A stretch of 64,000 nt of DNA, taken from the IMG/VR virus record IMGVR_UViG_3300028906_000001, positions 7,716 through 71,715 of that record, one strand, 5' to 3'. Shown here piece by piece: positions 45,938 through 55,199 of this stretch. A program made the translations under genes and the position numbers. Source of the DNA: a virus. Its lineage: Duplodnaviria; Caudoviricetes. The notes beneath the pieces were generated by a model. The model had not been told where the DNA came from and did no database searches. It saw only the letters and a program-made list of their open reading frames with translations. Each line of letters starts with the position of its first letter. Position 1 is the first letter of the stretch.

Positions 45938-47775
45938 GCGTCCTCCCCGGCCAGCGCGGGCGCGGCCCGGATGAGCTCGGCGAGCCGCTGCAGGACCGCC
46001 TCGGCGGTCCTCCGCAGCCCGGCGTCCCACGGTTCCGGGTCGTGCTCCAGCTCGGGCCACCACGCGGCGGGGTGCACGGCCCCGGCGCGGATGGCGTCGT
46101 AGGCGTCGATGGCGAGGATGAGATCATCGGCGGCTTCGAGTCGCCAGCGCCCGTCGGCGCGGGCCCGGTTCCAGACGGTGCGCCCGGCCTCGACGACGAC
46201 CGCCTCGGTCCCGGTGTCGAGGCCGGTCACCGGAATCACCTCCGTCCAGATGTCGCCGTCGTCCAGGTCGACGGTCGCGGCGGCGATCGCGAGCGCGGCA
46301 TGGATCTGGCCGCGCGCCGCGATACGTGCGTGCTGCCGCTCGAGCGCATCGCGCACGCCCTGGTCATCCGCGGCGTGGATCGCGGCCTCAAGGGCCTGCG
46401 CGTCGGCGGCCAGCCGCGCGGCCGCGGTGAAGTGCTCCGGTCCGGTCATCGCGTCACCTCCGCAGCGCACTCGGCGGCGTACTCCGGGTCGATGGCCTTC
46501 TGCCACTCGTGCCGGTCCGCTGGCGTCAGCCCGGTCCGGAGCACGACCGCCGCGGTGAGCGCGAGCAGCCCGTGCACGACGGCGCGGGCCAGGTAGGCCA
46601 TCTCGTGCTGGCAGCCGGCGAACGGGCACCCGTAGTCGCAGCGGGCGTCCTCGATGATCGTCGTGGCCTCGCGATAGTTAGACGGCCCGTTCATGACCAC
46701 CTCGCGGGGAGCGGGTGCAGCCAGCCGACCCCGGGCGCGTACCGCCAGGCGCGGGGGCAGCCGAGCGTCTCTTCGAGCGTGGCCACGGCCAGCAGCGTGC
46801 AGGTGCACTTGCCCGGCTCGCCCGGCCACGGCGTCGAGCCGTTCCTGTGGCTCATCGCTGGCCGCCTTCCGCCGCGAGCCGGTCCAGCGCCTCGGCCGCT
46901 TGCGTGCGCGGATGCGTTGTCCTGGTTGAGGTTGACGGTCGCGTGGATGCTGCTCCCGTCCGCCGCCCGCCACGCGTGACTGTGGCTCGGTGCCGATATG
47001 CGGGCCTCGACGTCGATGCTGCTCATCGCGCAGCCTCGTGCCTGCCGTGGTGCACGCCTTCCGCCGTCCGGGCCAGCACCTCAGCCTCGGCCTCGACCCG
47101 GAACCAGAACTCGGCGGCGGGGTCCCCGGCGGCGAACGCGTCGGCGGCGTCCCGGTGGTGGCCGGTGGCCACGCGGGCCTCCCAGAACTCGCGGGACACG
47201 GCGGGGTCGGCTGCGGTCCGGGCGTGGCCGACGCCGGGGTGGTAGTGGTCGGGCAGCGCGGGCGCAGCCCACGCGGGGTCGGCGACGCAACGGGGGCAGC
47301 ACCACCGGCCGTAGACATCGGGCAGCCATCCGGCGCGGAGCGCGGAGACGCGCAGCGCGTCGAACTGGTTCCGGTAGTGGGTCGCTTCGGGGTCGGCGTG
47401 GCGCCGCCACAGGTCCATGCCGCACAGCAGTCCGAACCCGTCGGCCAGGATGGTGAAGATGGCGCAGTCGGCCGGCCGGCGCGGCGGCCCGGGCGGCGGG
47501 ACCGGGACGGTTTCCGGGCGCCCCGGCGCGGGCGTGATGCCGCGACGTTCCTCGTAGCCGGGCGCCGGATGCCACGCGGTCTTGTCTCCGATGCCGGTGA
47601 AGTGCCCGTGCGGGTAGGCGCCACCGGGCTGGCCGGTGCCGGACGCGCCGCCGAAGGTGATGGTGGTGCCGTCCCAGTCGGGGATACGGCCGATCGTCTC
47701 GGTGACGGCCTCGTCGCCGGGGAAGTCGCCGTCGGGCACGGGCCGGGGGCGCCGGCGGAAGCTATGGAGTGTCAC
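45934..47775 (-). CDS. Early hypothetical proteins (45934..~46449, 46446..~46697, 46691..47026, 47023..47775)
   Basis: Coupled minus-strand ORFs downstream of cro. Confidence 0.55.
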
Positions 47776-47830
47776 TGCTGGTTATCCCTTCGTCGGTTTT
47801 GGTACTGTGTGAGCGGTTATCCCGCTCGTT

Positions 47831-47865
47831 GGCCCGGTCGTTCCTAGGCGGCCGGGCCGTTTTTT
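47831..47865. terminator. Hairpin/terminator at the 3' end of cro
   Basis: 10-bp stem (47831-47840 / 47849-47858) followed by a T-run on the plus strand. Confidence 0.55.
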
Positions 47866-48172
47866 ATGCGCTCAGGCGTCCAGCCTCCGGTTCGCTGTCG
47901 TCGTCACCCGGGCCGAAAAAGCGCCGCGGCTGCGTCTCCGGCTCGTCGTCGCTGGCATCGCTGATGTCACTCGGCCTGACGCCGAGCTCGCGGGCGACCT
48001 GCCGGAGGAACGCGGTCCCGGCGGTGCGGCCCTGGATGAGGTTCCAGACGGAGTGCGGGTGGCGGCCGATCCTGCGGGCGAACCGCTCCACGGCGTACGT
48101 CCTGCTGTCGCGCTCCTTGATGAGCGCGTGGATCTTCTCGCCGTCAGGCTGTGCGGTCGGAACAGGAGGCAT
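47864..48172 (-). CDS. Cro-like HTH repressor
   Basis: YAVERFARRIGRHPHSVWNLIQG...FLRQVARELGV. Divergent from cI. Confidence 0.7.
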   Translation of the reverse strand: MPPVPTAQPDGEKIHALIKERDSRTYAVERFARRIGRHPHSVWNLIQGRTAGTAFLRQVARELGVRPSDISDASDDEPETQPRRFFGPGDDDSEPEAGRLSA

Positions 48173-48178
48173 GTGCTG

Positions 48179-48207
48179 AGACTAGGAGCTAACGGGAGTT
48201 TTGTCTA
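48179..48207 (-). promoter_or_regulatory. Early (cro) leaderless promoter TAGACA-N17-TAGTCT-N6-ATG
   Basis: Near-consensus -35 and -10. CTAG-containing motifs overlap both boxes. Confidence 0.7.
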
Positions 48208-48389
48208 GTCAAACCAGGAGATAAATTCTGCCGTCCGGAGTCGGCTCCGATTTCTAGTAAGACCCTCGTTATGCTGCACATTTCCTAGTAACATTCCGAC
48301 CACGACGGCGGATCAGGTTGCTTGACGGCAACCTGATCGTCAGCCAAAGTCATATCGGGGACGGACTCTTCGGCACAAAGGGGACATCC

Positions 48390-48962
48390 ATGCCATCAGA
48401 CCGGCGGCCCGTCGTCCGGGCCCCCGAGGCCGCGTGGCGCCGGCTCGGGGAGCTGCTCCAGCTCCGCCGCGCCGAGCTCGGCTACAAGCGGCGCCCCGGC
48501 TTCACCCGCGACCGCGACATCAACATCCGGCTCGTCACCGACATCGAGAACGCCTACCGCCCGAACACGTTCCTGACCGCGACGCTGCGGGAGATCTCGC
48601 AGGCCTACGCCGTCACCTACGGGTCGGTCACCGCCGTCCTGGCCGGGACGGCCAGCATGCTGGAGCCGGCCGCCCCGGCCAGGACGGTGACCCGGCTGCC
48701 GCCGATGACCGACGCGGCCCGGATCGCCTCGGCGCGGCCCTACGCCGACGCGATCAACCGGCAGCTGCGCGAGCTGGCCGCCCAGGGCCTCACCGACCCG
48801 CCTGGCGCCCGCGTGTTCCCCGCCTCCCCCGCCGACGCCCGGACGTGGGACGGCATCGGCGCCCGGCTGGACATCGACGACCGGGTATGGTTCATCGCGG
48901 ACCTGCAGCGCCGCGCCGCGGACCGGGGCGGCCAGGACGGCGCGGAATCCGCTCCCCTGTAA
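48390..48962 (+). CDS. Immunity repressor (cI-like XRE HTH)
   Basis: WRRLGELLQLRRAELG...IRLVTDIENA...TLREI..AY. Divergent from cro. Confidence 0.7.
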   Translation: MPSDRRPVVRAPEAAWRRLGELLQLRRAELGYKRRPGFTRDRDINIRLVTDIENAYRPNTFLTATLREISQAYAVTYGSVTAVLAGTASMLEPAAPARTVTRLPPMTDAARIASARPYADAINRQLRELAAQGLTDPPGARVFPASPADARTWDGIGARLDIDDRVWFIADLQRRAADRGGQDGAESAPL

Positions 48963-49053
48963 CATCCGTCACGCCCGGCGCGGTTGCGCCGGTTTTTGCC
49001 GCGTACCGCTTGCGTACCGCACGCCACGTCGCGTATGACGGGATTCCTGGGGA

Positions 49054-49452
49054 TTGTCGCATTGTGAGGTGCCTGTCGCGGAGCGGATCGGCCTGGGATT
49101 TCCTCCCGGGGCGGGCACGGCCTGGAGTGGAGGGGACATGGACGGCTCCGCGCTGCGCGGTGACACCGGCCCGGAACCCGGCTGGGGGGATGTCCGGCGG
49201 GCGGTGATGATGGCGGCCGAGATCTGCGCGACCGCGGCCGTCAGCCTGGCGGTCCGCGGCCCCCACGCCGTCCACGCGGCGATGATGGTCCGCCAGTCCG
49301 CCGACGCCCTGCGGGACATGGGCGGCTGCCTGCGGCCCCTGGCCTTCGACGAGGCGGTCATCGACGCGGAACGCGCCCGGGCGGCCGATGAGGCGCTGGG
49401 CGCCGCCGGGCTGCTGCCCCCGCCGCGCCGGCACCTGCGCGTCGTCACCTAG
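49054..49452 (+). CDS. Hypothetical protein
   Basis: Ends RHLRVVT. Start is probably ATG ~49138 (RBS ggagggg). Confidence 0.5.
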   Translation: MSHCEVPVAERIGLGFPPGAGTAWSGGDMDGSALRGDTGPEPGWGDVRRAVMMAAEICATAAVSLAVRGPHAVHAAMMVRQSADALRDMGGCLRPLAFDEAVIDAERARAADEALGAAGLLPPPRRHLRVVT

Positions 49453-49667
49453 GCAGCGGGATCGTCCATTCGACAACCGGGTCGCCGTCCGCGACAAGAG
49501 ACAGCGCGGCGAGCGGCGAAGGCGCCGTCACCACCGCCTTGCCGACGACGCGCCCGCGATCGCTCGCGTCGCTGATCTCGACTATGAGCAGCCGTGCGGT
49601 CCCCTCCATGACCGGGAACGGTACGTAACCGGGAGGCCGAAATCAAGCAGCTCCCGATACGGGCACG

Positions 49668-49901
49668 TCAGGGCGTCGCGGGCGTGCGCCTTACCTCCGC
49701 GAGAAACCGGCCCCAGGTGGATCCGGGAAACGTCAGCACCGGGCCGTCCGGGTCCTTGCTGTCACGGACGGCGACCCCGTGGGTGCAGGTCCCGGCCTCG
49801 GCGCAGTTCGTGCCGTTGCTGTGCGCGCTCTTCCGCCAGCTCGCCACCTCGGCGCAGTCGCCGTTGCTGAAGCTGTGCGAGCTCTTGCGCCAGTCGATCA
49901 T
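49668..49901 (-). CDS. DUF397 protein (tandem WRKS motif)
   Basis: WRKSSHS..GDCAEVA / WRKSAHS..NCAE, VAVRDSKDPDGPVLTF...W..F. Confidence 0.92.
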   Translation of the reverse strand: MIDWRKSSHSFSNGDCAEVASWRKSAHSNGTNCAEAGTCTHGVAVRDSKDPDGPVLTFPGSTWGRFLAEVRRTPATP

Positions 49902-50755
49902 GCCGTGATCTCTCCCTCTCGCAGATCAGCCGCCGCGGCCGTGATCAGCCGCCGCGCCTCGTTCCCGGTGACCGCCTCGGCCAGCAGCTCCCCGAAGATG
50001 CGCTCGTAGGCGGCCGACTCCCGGCCGGGGATCGTGTCGGCTGAGGTGAAAGTCTCCACGACGGTCAGGTCATCGACCGTCAGGAAGCCGACCATCGGAG
50101 CCACGGGCAGCTCGGTCCCGGCCGGGATGATCCCCAGCGTGACGTTCCCGAGCGTAGATGCGACCAGGAGCCGGTCGAGCTGGCCGAGCATCACCGGGCG
50201 CGGGCACAGCAGCAGCCGGAACGCAGTCTCGGTGATGACGAACTCGAACGTCTTGGCCGCGTCGTAGAGCACTTCCTGGCGGCGCACCTGCGCGGCCACG
50301 GTCTCTTCCACGCCGCTCCCGGCGGTGCCGTGCAGCCGCACCGCCTCAAGCGCGCGGTACCGGGCGTAGTCAGGCGTCTGGAGCAGCCCGGGGATCAGCA
50401 GCACCTCGAAGTTGCGGATGCGCTTGGCTCCGCGTACGAGAGCGTCGAACTCGGCCTTCAGCGCGGCGTGGCCGGCGCGGAGCTGGTGGCGCCACTGCCG
50501 GTGGACAGCCTGCGCGTCGCTGAGCAGCTCGAGCAGTTCCGGGATGGCCTCGGGGCGGCCGGCCGCTTGCGCCCAAGCTGTCACGTCGGCGTCGGTGGGC
50601 ATCTGGCGGCCGTTCTCGATCTTGGGGACCTTGGACCGCGGCCAGCCGAGCAGCGCAGCGAGCCGGTCACCAGTAAGCCCGGCGCCCTTCCGCAGGCGCT
50701 GCAAGCGCTCCGCGAGGCCGCCGGGCTGGTTCAGCCATTCTCCAGTCGGTCGCAA
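49898..50755 (-). CDS. XRE HTH + DUF5753 regulator (WhiJ/Scr1-like)
   Basis: L..LR...GLTG..LA..LGW..SKV.KIENG, IPGLLQTPDYAR, RQEVL, EFVI.E..., QLDRL, VE.F. Confidence 0.9.
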   Translation of the reverse strand: MRPTGEWLNQPGGLAERLQRLRKGAGLTGDRLAALLGWPRSKVPKIENGRQMPTDADVTAWAQAAGRPEAIPELLELLSDAQAVHRQWRHQLRAGHAALKAEFDALVRGAKRIRNFEVLLIPGLLQTPDYARYRALEAVRLHGTAGSGVEETVAAQVRRQEVLYDAAKTFEFVITETAFRLLLCPRPVMLGQLDRLLVASTLGNVTLGIIPAGTELPVAPMVGFLTVDDLTVVETFTSADTIPGRESAAYERIFGELLAEAVTGNEARRLITAAAADLREGEITA

Positions 50756-50768
50756 GGCAGTTCCTCGG

Positions 50769-51302
50769 TCAGGCGGCGGCGATCTCTTCCGCCGGGGCGG
50801 CGTTGCGGACTGCCAGGTCCCGCCATTCCCGCGCCCAGGTGACGGCGCCCGGATCGGTGATCAGTGATTTCCCGCCGAGTTCGCCGCCGCCGTCGTACCA
50901 CATCCTGATGACGCGCTCGTCGTCGAGCAGCCACCAGTCGCTGCCGAGCGGCAGGCCGATCTCCTCGGCGCGGCTGCGGCGCAGGTAGCTGATCTGCTCA
51001 CCTGCGCGTGCATGCCACGGGAGCGCCCACAGCCCCCACCGCTGGTAGTCGCTGGGCGGCTCGGAGATGACGCGCACCCGGATGACGTGCTTGCCCTGCC
51101 TCGTCAGCGCGGCGACCTGGTCGAGCCACGGACGCCACCAGCTGATCTCCGGCGGGGGCGCCGGCGAGCCTGCCCGGAACCGCTCGAAGTCGGCGGCCTC
51201 GTAGCCGAGCGCGTACGTCTCCTGGGCCTCGAAGTAGAACGCGGTGCTGCGGAACGACCGCAGCAGTTCCGCGAACTCGTCATCGCTGACCGGGACAGCC
51301 AT
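50769..51302 (-). CDS. DUF6879 protein
   Basis: F...FR.TAF..E.Q..Y, W..WL..V...G....RVRV..EP..DY.RW, GE.I.YL.R..A, DWWLLDD. Confidence 0.85.
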   Translation of the reverse strand: MAVPVSDDEFAELLRSFRSTAFYFEAQETYALGYEAADFERFRAGSPAPPPEISWWRPWLDQVAALTRQGKHVIRVRVISEPPSDYQRWGLWALPWHARAGEQISYLRRSRAEEIGLPLGSDWWLLDDERVIRMWYDGGGELGGKSLITDPGAVTWAREWRDLAVRNAAPAEEIAAA

Positions 51303-51502
51303 CAGGCGAGGTCCCGGATGCGGTCGATGACGTCGGCCGGCACGAACACCCCGTCCTCGTCGGTGCCGAGGTCGCGGAGCTGGGTTCGGGTCTCGGTGTC
51401 GAGCCGCTTGCCCTGGATGACGTAGCCGCCTTCGGCGCGGTACATGGCCGGGCAGTTGCCGACGTTCGATCCGCCGGTCTTCCACATGAACCTGATCTCC
51501 AC
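51302..51502 (-). CDS. Small conserved protein upstream of DUF6879
   Basis: GNCPAMY...GYVIQG...E..V.VP..VI. Coupled. Confidence 0.7.
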   Translation of the reverse strand: MEIRFMWKTGGSNVGNCPAMYRAEGGYVIQGKRLDTETRTQLRDLGTDEDGVFVPADVIDRIRDLA

Positions 51503-51704
51503 TTGCTGGACTCCCTTCGTGAGCCTGGTTCCGTTCCCGATTGTTCTCTATTGGTGGCCGCCGCGTCCAGCCTGCGGCGGCCACCCGGAACCTGGCCACT
51601 CCAGCATAGACGGTTGCCGAACGTTCTTGACTGTTCGCCGTAACGTGGCTTACCGTGGGCGCGGAGAGTTTCACTTGATCGGATCGGACGGCCAGGGAGC
51701 CCCC

Positions 51705-51971
51705 TTGAGCGAGATGAGCCCGGCAGCGACAGGCGGTGCGGACCTGATGTCCGTGACCGAAGCGGCGGCTAAGCTGCGCCTGTCGCGGATGACGGTCCTG
51801 CGCCGCCTCAAGAGCGAGTCCTGGCCGGGCGGAAGGTCTGGCCGCAAGTACCTGCTCAACAGCGCGTTCGTGAACGCTCTCGCCGCCGAGTACGGCAGCC
51901 GCCCGAACGTCGTCGCTGAGGATTTCGCCGCCGAGTGGATGGCCCGCAGCGCTGCCGGGGCGGTCGCGTAG
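51705..51971 (+). CDS. Excisionase-like HTH DNA-binding protein
   Basis: LMSVTEAAAKLRLSRMTVLRRL...PG.R.GRKYL. Confidence 0.72.
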   Translation: MSEMSPAATGGADLMSVTEAAAKLRLSRMTVLRRLKSESWPGGRSGRKYLLNSAFVNALAAEYGSRPNVVAEDFAAEWMARSAAGAVA

Positions 51972-52208
51972 ATGGCCTCCAAGCTGACCGCCCGCCAGTT
52001 CCTGGCCCTCGGTTACCTCGACGCCCACGGCCCGGTCACCGCCGGGGATCTCCCGATGGCCCGCGACACGGCCCGCGCGGTCCTGGCCGGCCTCGCCCGC
52101 AAGGGCTTCGCCGCCGAGGGCGCGCACGGCTCGTACGCGATCACCGACGCGGGGCGCCCGGCCCTGGCCGCCGCCCGCGAGGAAGCCCGGCGCGAGGCAG
52201 GCACCTGA
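51972..52208 (+). CDS. Small winged-HTH (MarR-like) protein
   Basis: LTARQ..AL.YL...GPVT...L...LARKG...Y.ITDAGR. Confidence 0.65.
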   Translation: MASKLTARQFLALGYLDAHGPVTAGDLPMARDTARAVLAGLARKGFAAEGAHGSYAITDAGRPALAAAREEARREAGT

Positions 52209-52779
52209 TGAACCGCACCCCGCAAAACGAGAACGGCCCCGCCGCCCGCGGAGCCGTCCTCACTACCTGTCTCGTCCCGCCGTCCCGCCAGGAAAGGCAT
52301 CCGAGTGACGACCGACCTAGCACAAGCCGCAGACACCGCCGCAGACCGCCCGCTGCGGCCACCGGACGTGACCGCCGAGTGGGCCGCGCTGCTGGAAGCC
52401 GAGGCCGCCAGGCGCGGCCTGCCGCCCGAGCCCTGGCCGCTGCCGTAAGCCGCGCCGGGCACGCGGGCGGTCTTCCCCTCCGCCCGCGTGCCCGGCGCAG
52501 TCAGGGACGCACTTCGGTGCGCGGCCCGTTCCGGCCCGCCGGGCGCGCGATGAGCCTGAACTCGCGCCACCGGGACGGCTGCCACTTCGCGGCGGTCAGC
52601 CAGTCGCGGAGCTGGCCCTGCAGCCACGCCGCGTTGCCGGGGTCGCCGGTGGCCTGGAACGTGCCGCCGTCGACGTGGCGGGACCCGTGCATGACCTCGA
52701 GGTCGAGCGGCCGGGCGGGCATCGCGGTCTCCTTCCCTGGCGGTTGCTCCCATCGTAAGCACGGGCCGGCGATCTGACC

Positions 52780-53785
52780 ATGCCGCAGCACGGGGCCCGC
52801 GCGAACCGCAACGCCGGCCACAGGACGCGGCGGGCGCGGCTGCTCGCGTCCGCCCAGGGCGACGATAAGCGCCTGGCCGCCGCGTACGACTGGTTCCGCT
52901 CGTCCGCCGGGCTGCTTTCGCGTCGCCGGCCGCCGTACGGGACTGACCGGAAGGTTCACCAGGAGGCCGCCGCGCGGCTCACGCGCGAGGCCGCCGGGTA
53001 CCTGCAGAGGTTCGCCGAGGCGATCGACCGCGGTGATTACGACGCCCGGAAGGGGTGACGCGCTGTGACATCCGTGGATGAGGCAGAGAAGGAAGGCAGT
53101 CCGGCCGCCGGGACGGCTGCCCCGGAGTCCAATGCGCAGTCGCGCGCATGCGCGCGGGAGGATACGCCCGCGCCTGCCTCCGTTGCGCTTCAGGCGGTCA
53201 CGGACAGTGCGCAAGCTGTGCGCCGTACTTTCGCGCAGGGCGTGAAGTCCCTGGACCGCCCCGGCACCCTGGCCGACGCCCAGCCGCCCACGTTCCGGCA
53301 GGCGCGGGACTACCACCACCGCTGCGCCGGCCACTTCAACGCGCTGCTGTTCTCGGTGCCCCGGATCGTGTGGGGCTACCTGCACATGGCCGTCGTCAAG
53401 CCCGTCCTGAACCTGGCCGAGTGGGTCACCGAGTCCCCGCTGCGGTGCGCGGTCGCGCTGGCCGTCTACTACGCCGTCCGGCACTGGGGATAGTCCGTTG
53501 CTAACCAGAAAGGCGGCGTGAACAATGAGCGAACCCTGGAACCTGACTGAGGCACAGCGGCGGCAGATCCGCGAGGCTCACGCCGAGGCGAAGCTTGCCG
53601 GTGCACCCAAGCTCGCGACCCAGTACGGCATCCGCTGGCCCACCGGTTCCGTCTTCTGCTTCGGCTCACGGGAACTCGCAGAGGCCGCACTGGGCGAAGA
53701 CCCCCGGCGCGCCGGGGTCCTCGTCGTGCACGAGATCGAGCCCGGTACCCCGAACGCCACCGAGTGGCGGGAAGTCGAGGACTGA
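52780..53785 (+). CDS. Three hypothetical proteins (52780..53058, 53065..53493, 53525..53785)
   Basis: Co-oriented, with RBS. 53065 has a C-terminal hydrophobic segment. Confidence 0.6.
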
Positions 53786-53788
53786 GCC

Positions 53789-54208
53789 GTGTTCATCACC
53801 GTCTCCGAGCTGTGCGTGCTGTTCCTGCTGTTCTGGGGCCTGTTCCACTGGCTGGGGATTTTCGCGAAGACCCGCGTGCTGCTGGCGCTGCTCGGCGTCC
53901 TGGGCATCGGCGGGTTCCTCGGCCGCGCCCTGGTCTGGGCGGCGACCTGGCTGCAGCACGTAACCGGCTCGATCACCGGGTGGGTGTTCGGCACGGCGGT
54001 CCCGGCGGCGCTGTTCCTGGTGCTGGCGGCGCTGCTGATCCACGACATGCACCCGCGTAACGGCGCCACGCGCCGGACCGGCTACCTGGCGTTCGCGGTC
54101 GGCGCGTTCCTGGTCGCCGGCGTGGCGGGCATCCCGGCACTGTCCCCCGTCGCCGGTTTCCTCCGGTCGCTGCTGGCGACCCTGACCACCTGGCTCAACT
54201 CGCTCTAG
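53789..54208 (+). CDS. 4-TM membrane protein (Spd-like, inferred)
   Basis: Four hydrophobic helices. Upstream of the traB-like gene. Confidence 0.7.
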   Translation: MFITVSELCVLFLLFWGLFHWLGIFAKTRVLLALLGVLGIGGFLGRALVWAATWLQHVTGSITGWVFGTAVPAALFLVLAALLIHDMHPRNGATRRTGYLAFAVGAFLVAGVAGIPALSPVAGFLRSLLATLTTWLNSL

Positions 54209-54218
54209 GCGGCAACTC

Positions 54219-55193
54219 ATGGAAGCACTGATCCTGATCATCATCGTCGGCTGGCTCGTCAAGCAGGGTGTCGAGGACGGTCACCTGCACTGGCAGTCGT
54301 CGAAGGCCGCGAACCGCCGGCGCACAGCCGGGCAGCGAGCCGGCCGCCGTGCCGCGTCGGCGATCCAGCATGACGCCGGGTACTGGGCCCACCAGGTCCT
54401 GAACGGCTTCCCGCAGACCCGCCACGGCATCGCGGCCGGCTGGCACGCCGGGCGGACCGCCCAGGCGCAGGGCACCGCGGACCGGCAGAAAGCCAGGGCG
54501 GAGCACCTGTCGCTGCGCGCCCGGCTGGCACCGGAGATCCGCGAGCACCTGCGCCGCCAGGACGAGGCGCTCGCCGCGATCCGCGCGGCGCAGCAGCCGG
54601 ATCCGGAGTACCTGGAACCGGAACCGCAGCCGAGCCGCCGGGTCGACGGCAAGCCTGAGACTCCCGCTGACGCGCGGTTCTTCGGCGCCCGCGAGTCCGG
54701 CTACAACGGCTGGATCGACCGGGACGGCTACCCGGTCCCGGCAGCCGGCGAGCCCGTAACAAGCAGTCCCCCGGACGACGTCGAGATTGAGATGGCGCTC
54801 TACAGGGACGACCAGGACAGGGCGCGCAGACGCGCGAACACGACAACGGAAGGAACCGCCATGCCCGCATCAGGCGACACCACCTACACCCAGCAGCTCT
54901 CCGAGTTCACCGCGATCCGCGACGACGCCGAGGAGGAGCTGAACAGCGTGCGGCGCAAGCGGATGCTGAACCGCCTGGACATCCTGTCCGGCCTCGGCCT
55001 GGACAAGGACTCGCTGGGCGACGCCGCCGCGATCGATGACGCGCTGCGCGAGCAGCAGAAGGCCGCGCAGAACACCCTCGACGCGTCCGACAACGCGATC
55101 GCGGGCCTCAAGACCCGCCACGGCGGCATCAAGCAAGCCGCAGATGAGGCACCGGTCGATCGCATCGCCGACCCGGCGTTCTACGAGGACTGA
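54219..55193 (+). CDS. TraA-like protein (inferred) with a probable in-frame internal start at 54861
   Basis: N-terminal TM. C-terminal L..RHGGI.QA.D.AP...A.P.FY. RBS GGAAGGA before the ATG at 54861. Confidence 0.6.
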   Translation: MEALILIIIVGWLVKQGVEDGHLHWQSSKAANRRRTAGQRAGRRAASAIQHDAGYWAHQVLNGFPQTRHGIAAGWHAGRTAQAQGTADRQKARAEHLSLRARLAPEIREHLRRQDEALAAIRAAQQPDPEYLEPEPQPSRRVDGKPETPADARFFGARESGYNGWIDRDGYPVPAAGEPVTSSPPDDVEIEMALYRDDQDRARRRANTTTEGTAMPASGDTTYTQQLSEFTAIRDDAEEELNSVRRKRMLNRLDILSGLGLDKDSLGDAAAIDDALREQQKAAQNTLDASDNAIAGLKTRHGGIKQAADEAPVDRIADPAFYED

Positions 55194-55199
55194 CCAGCC

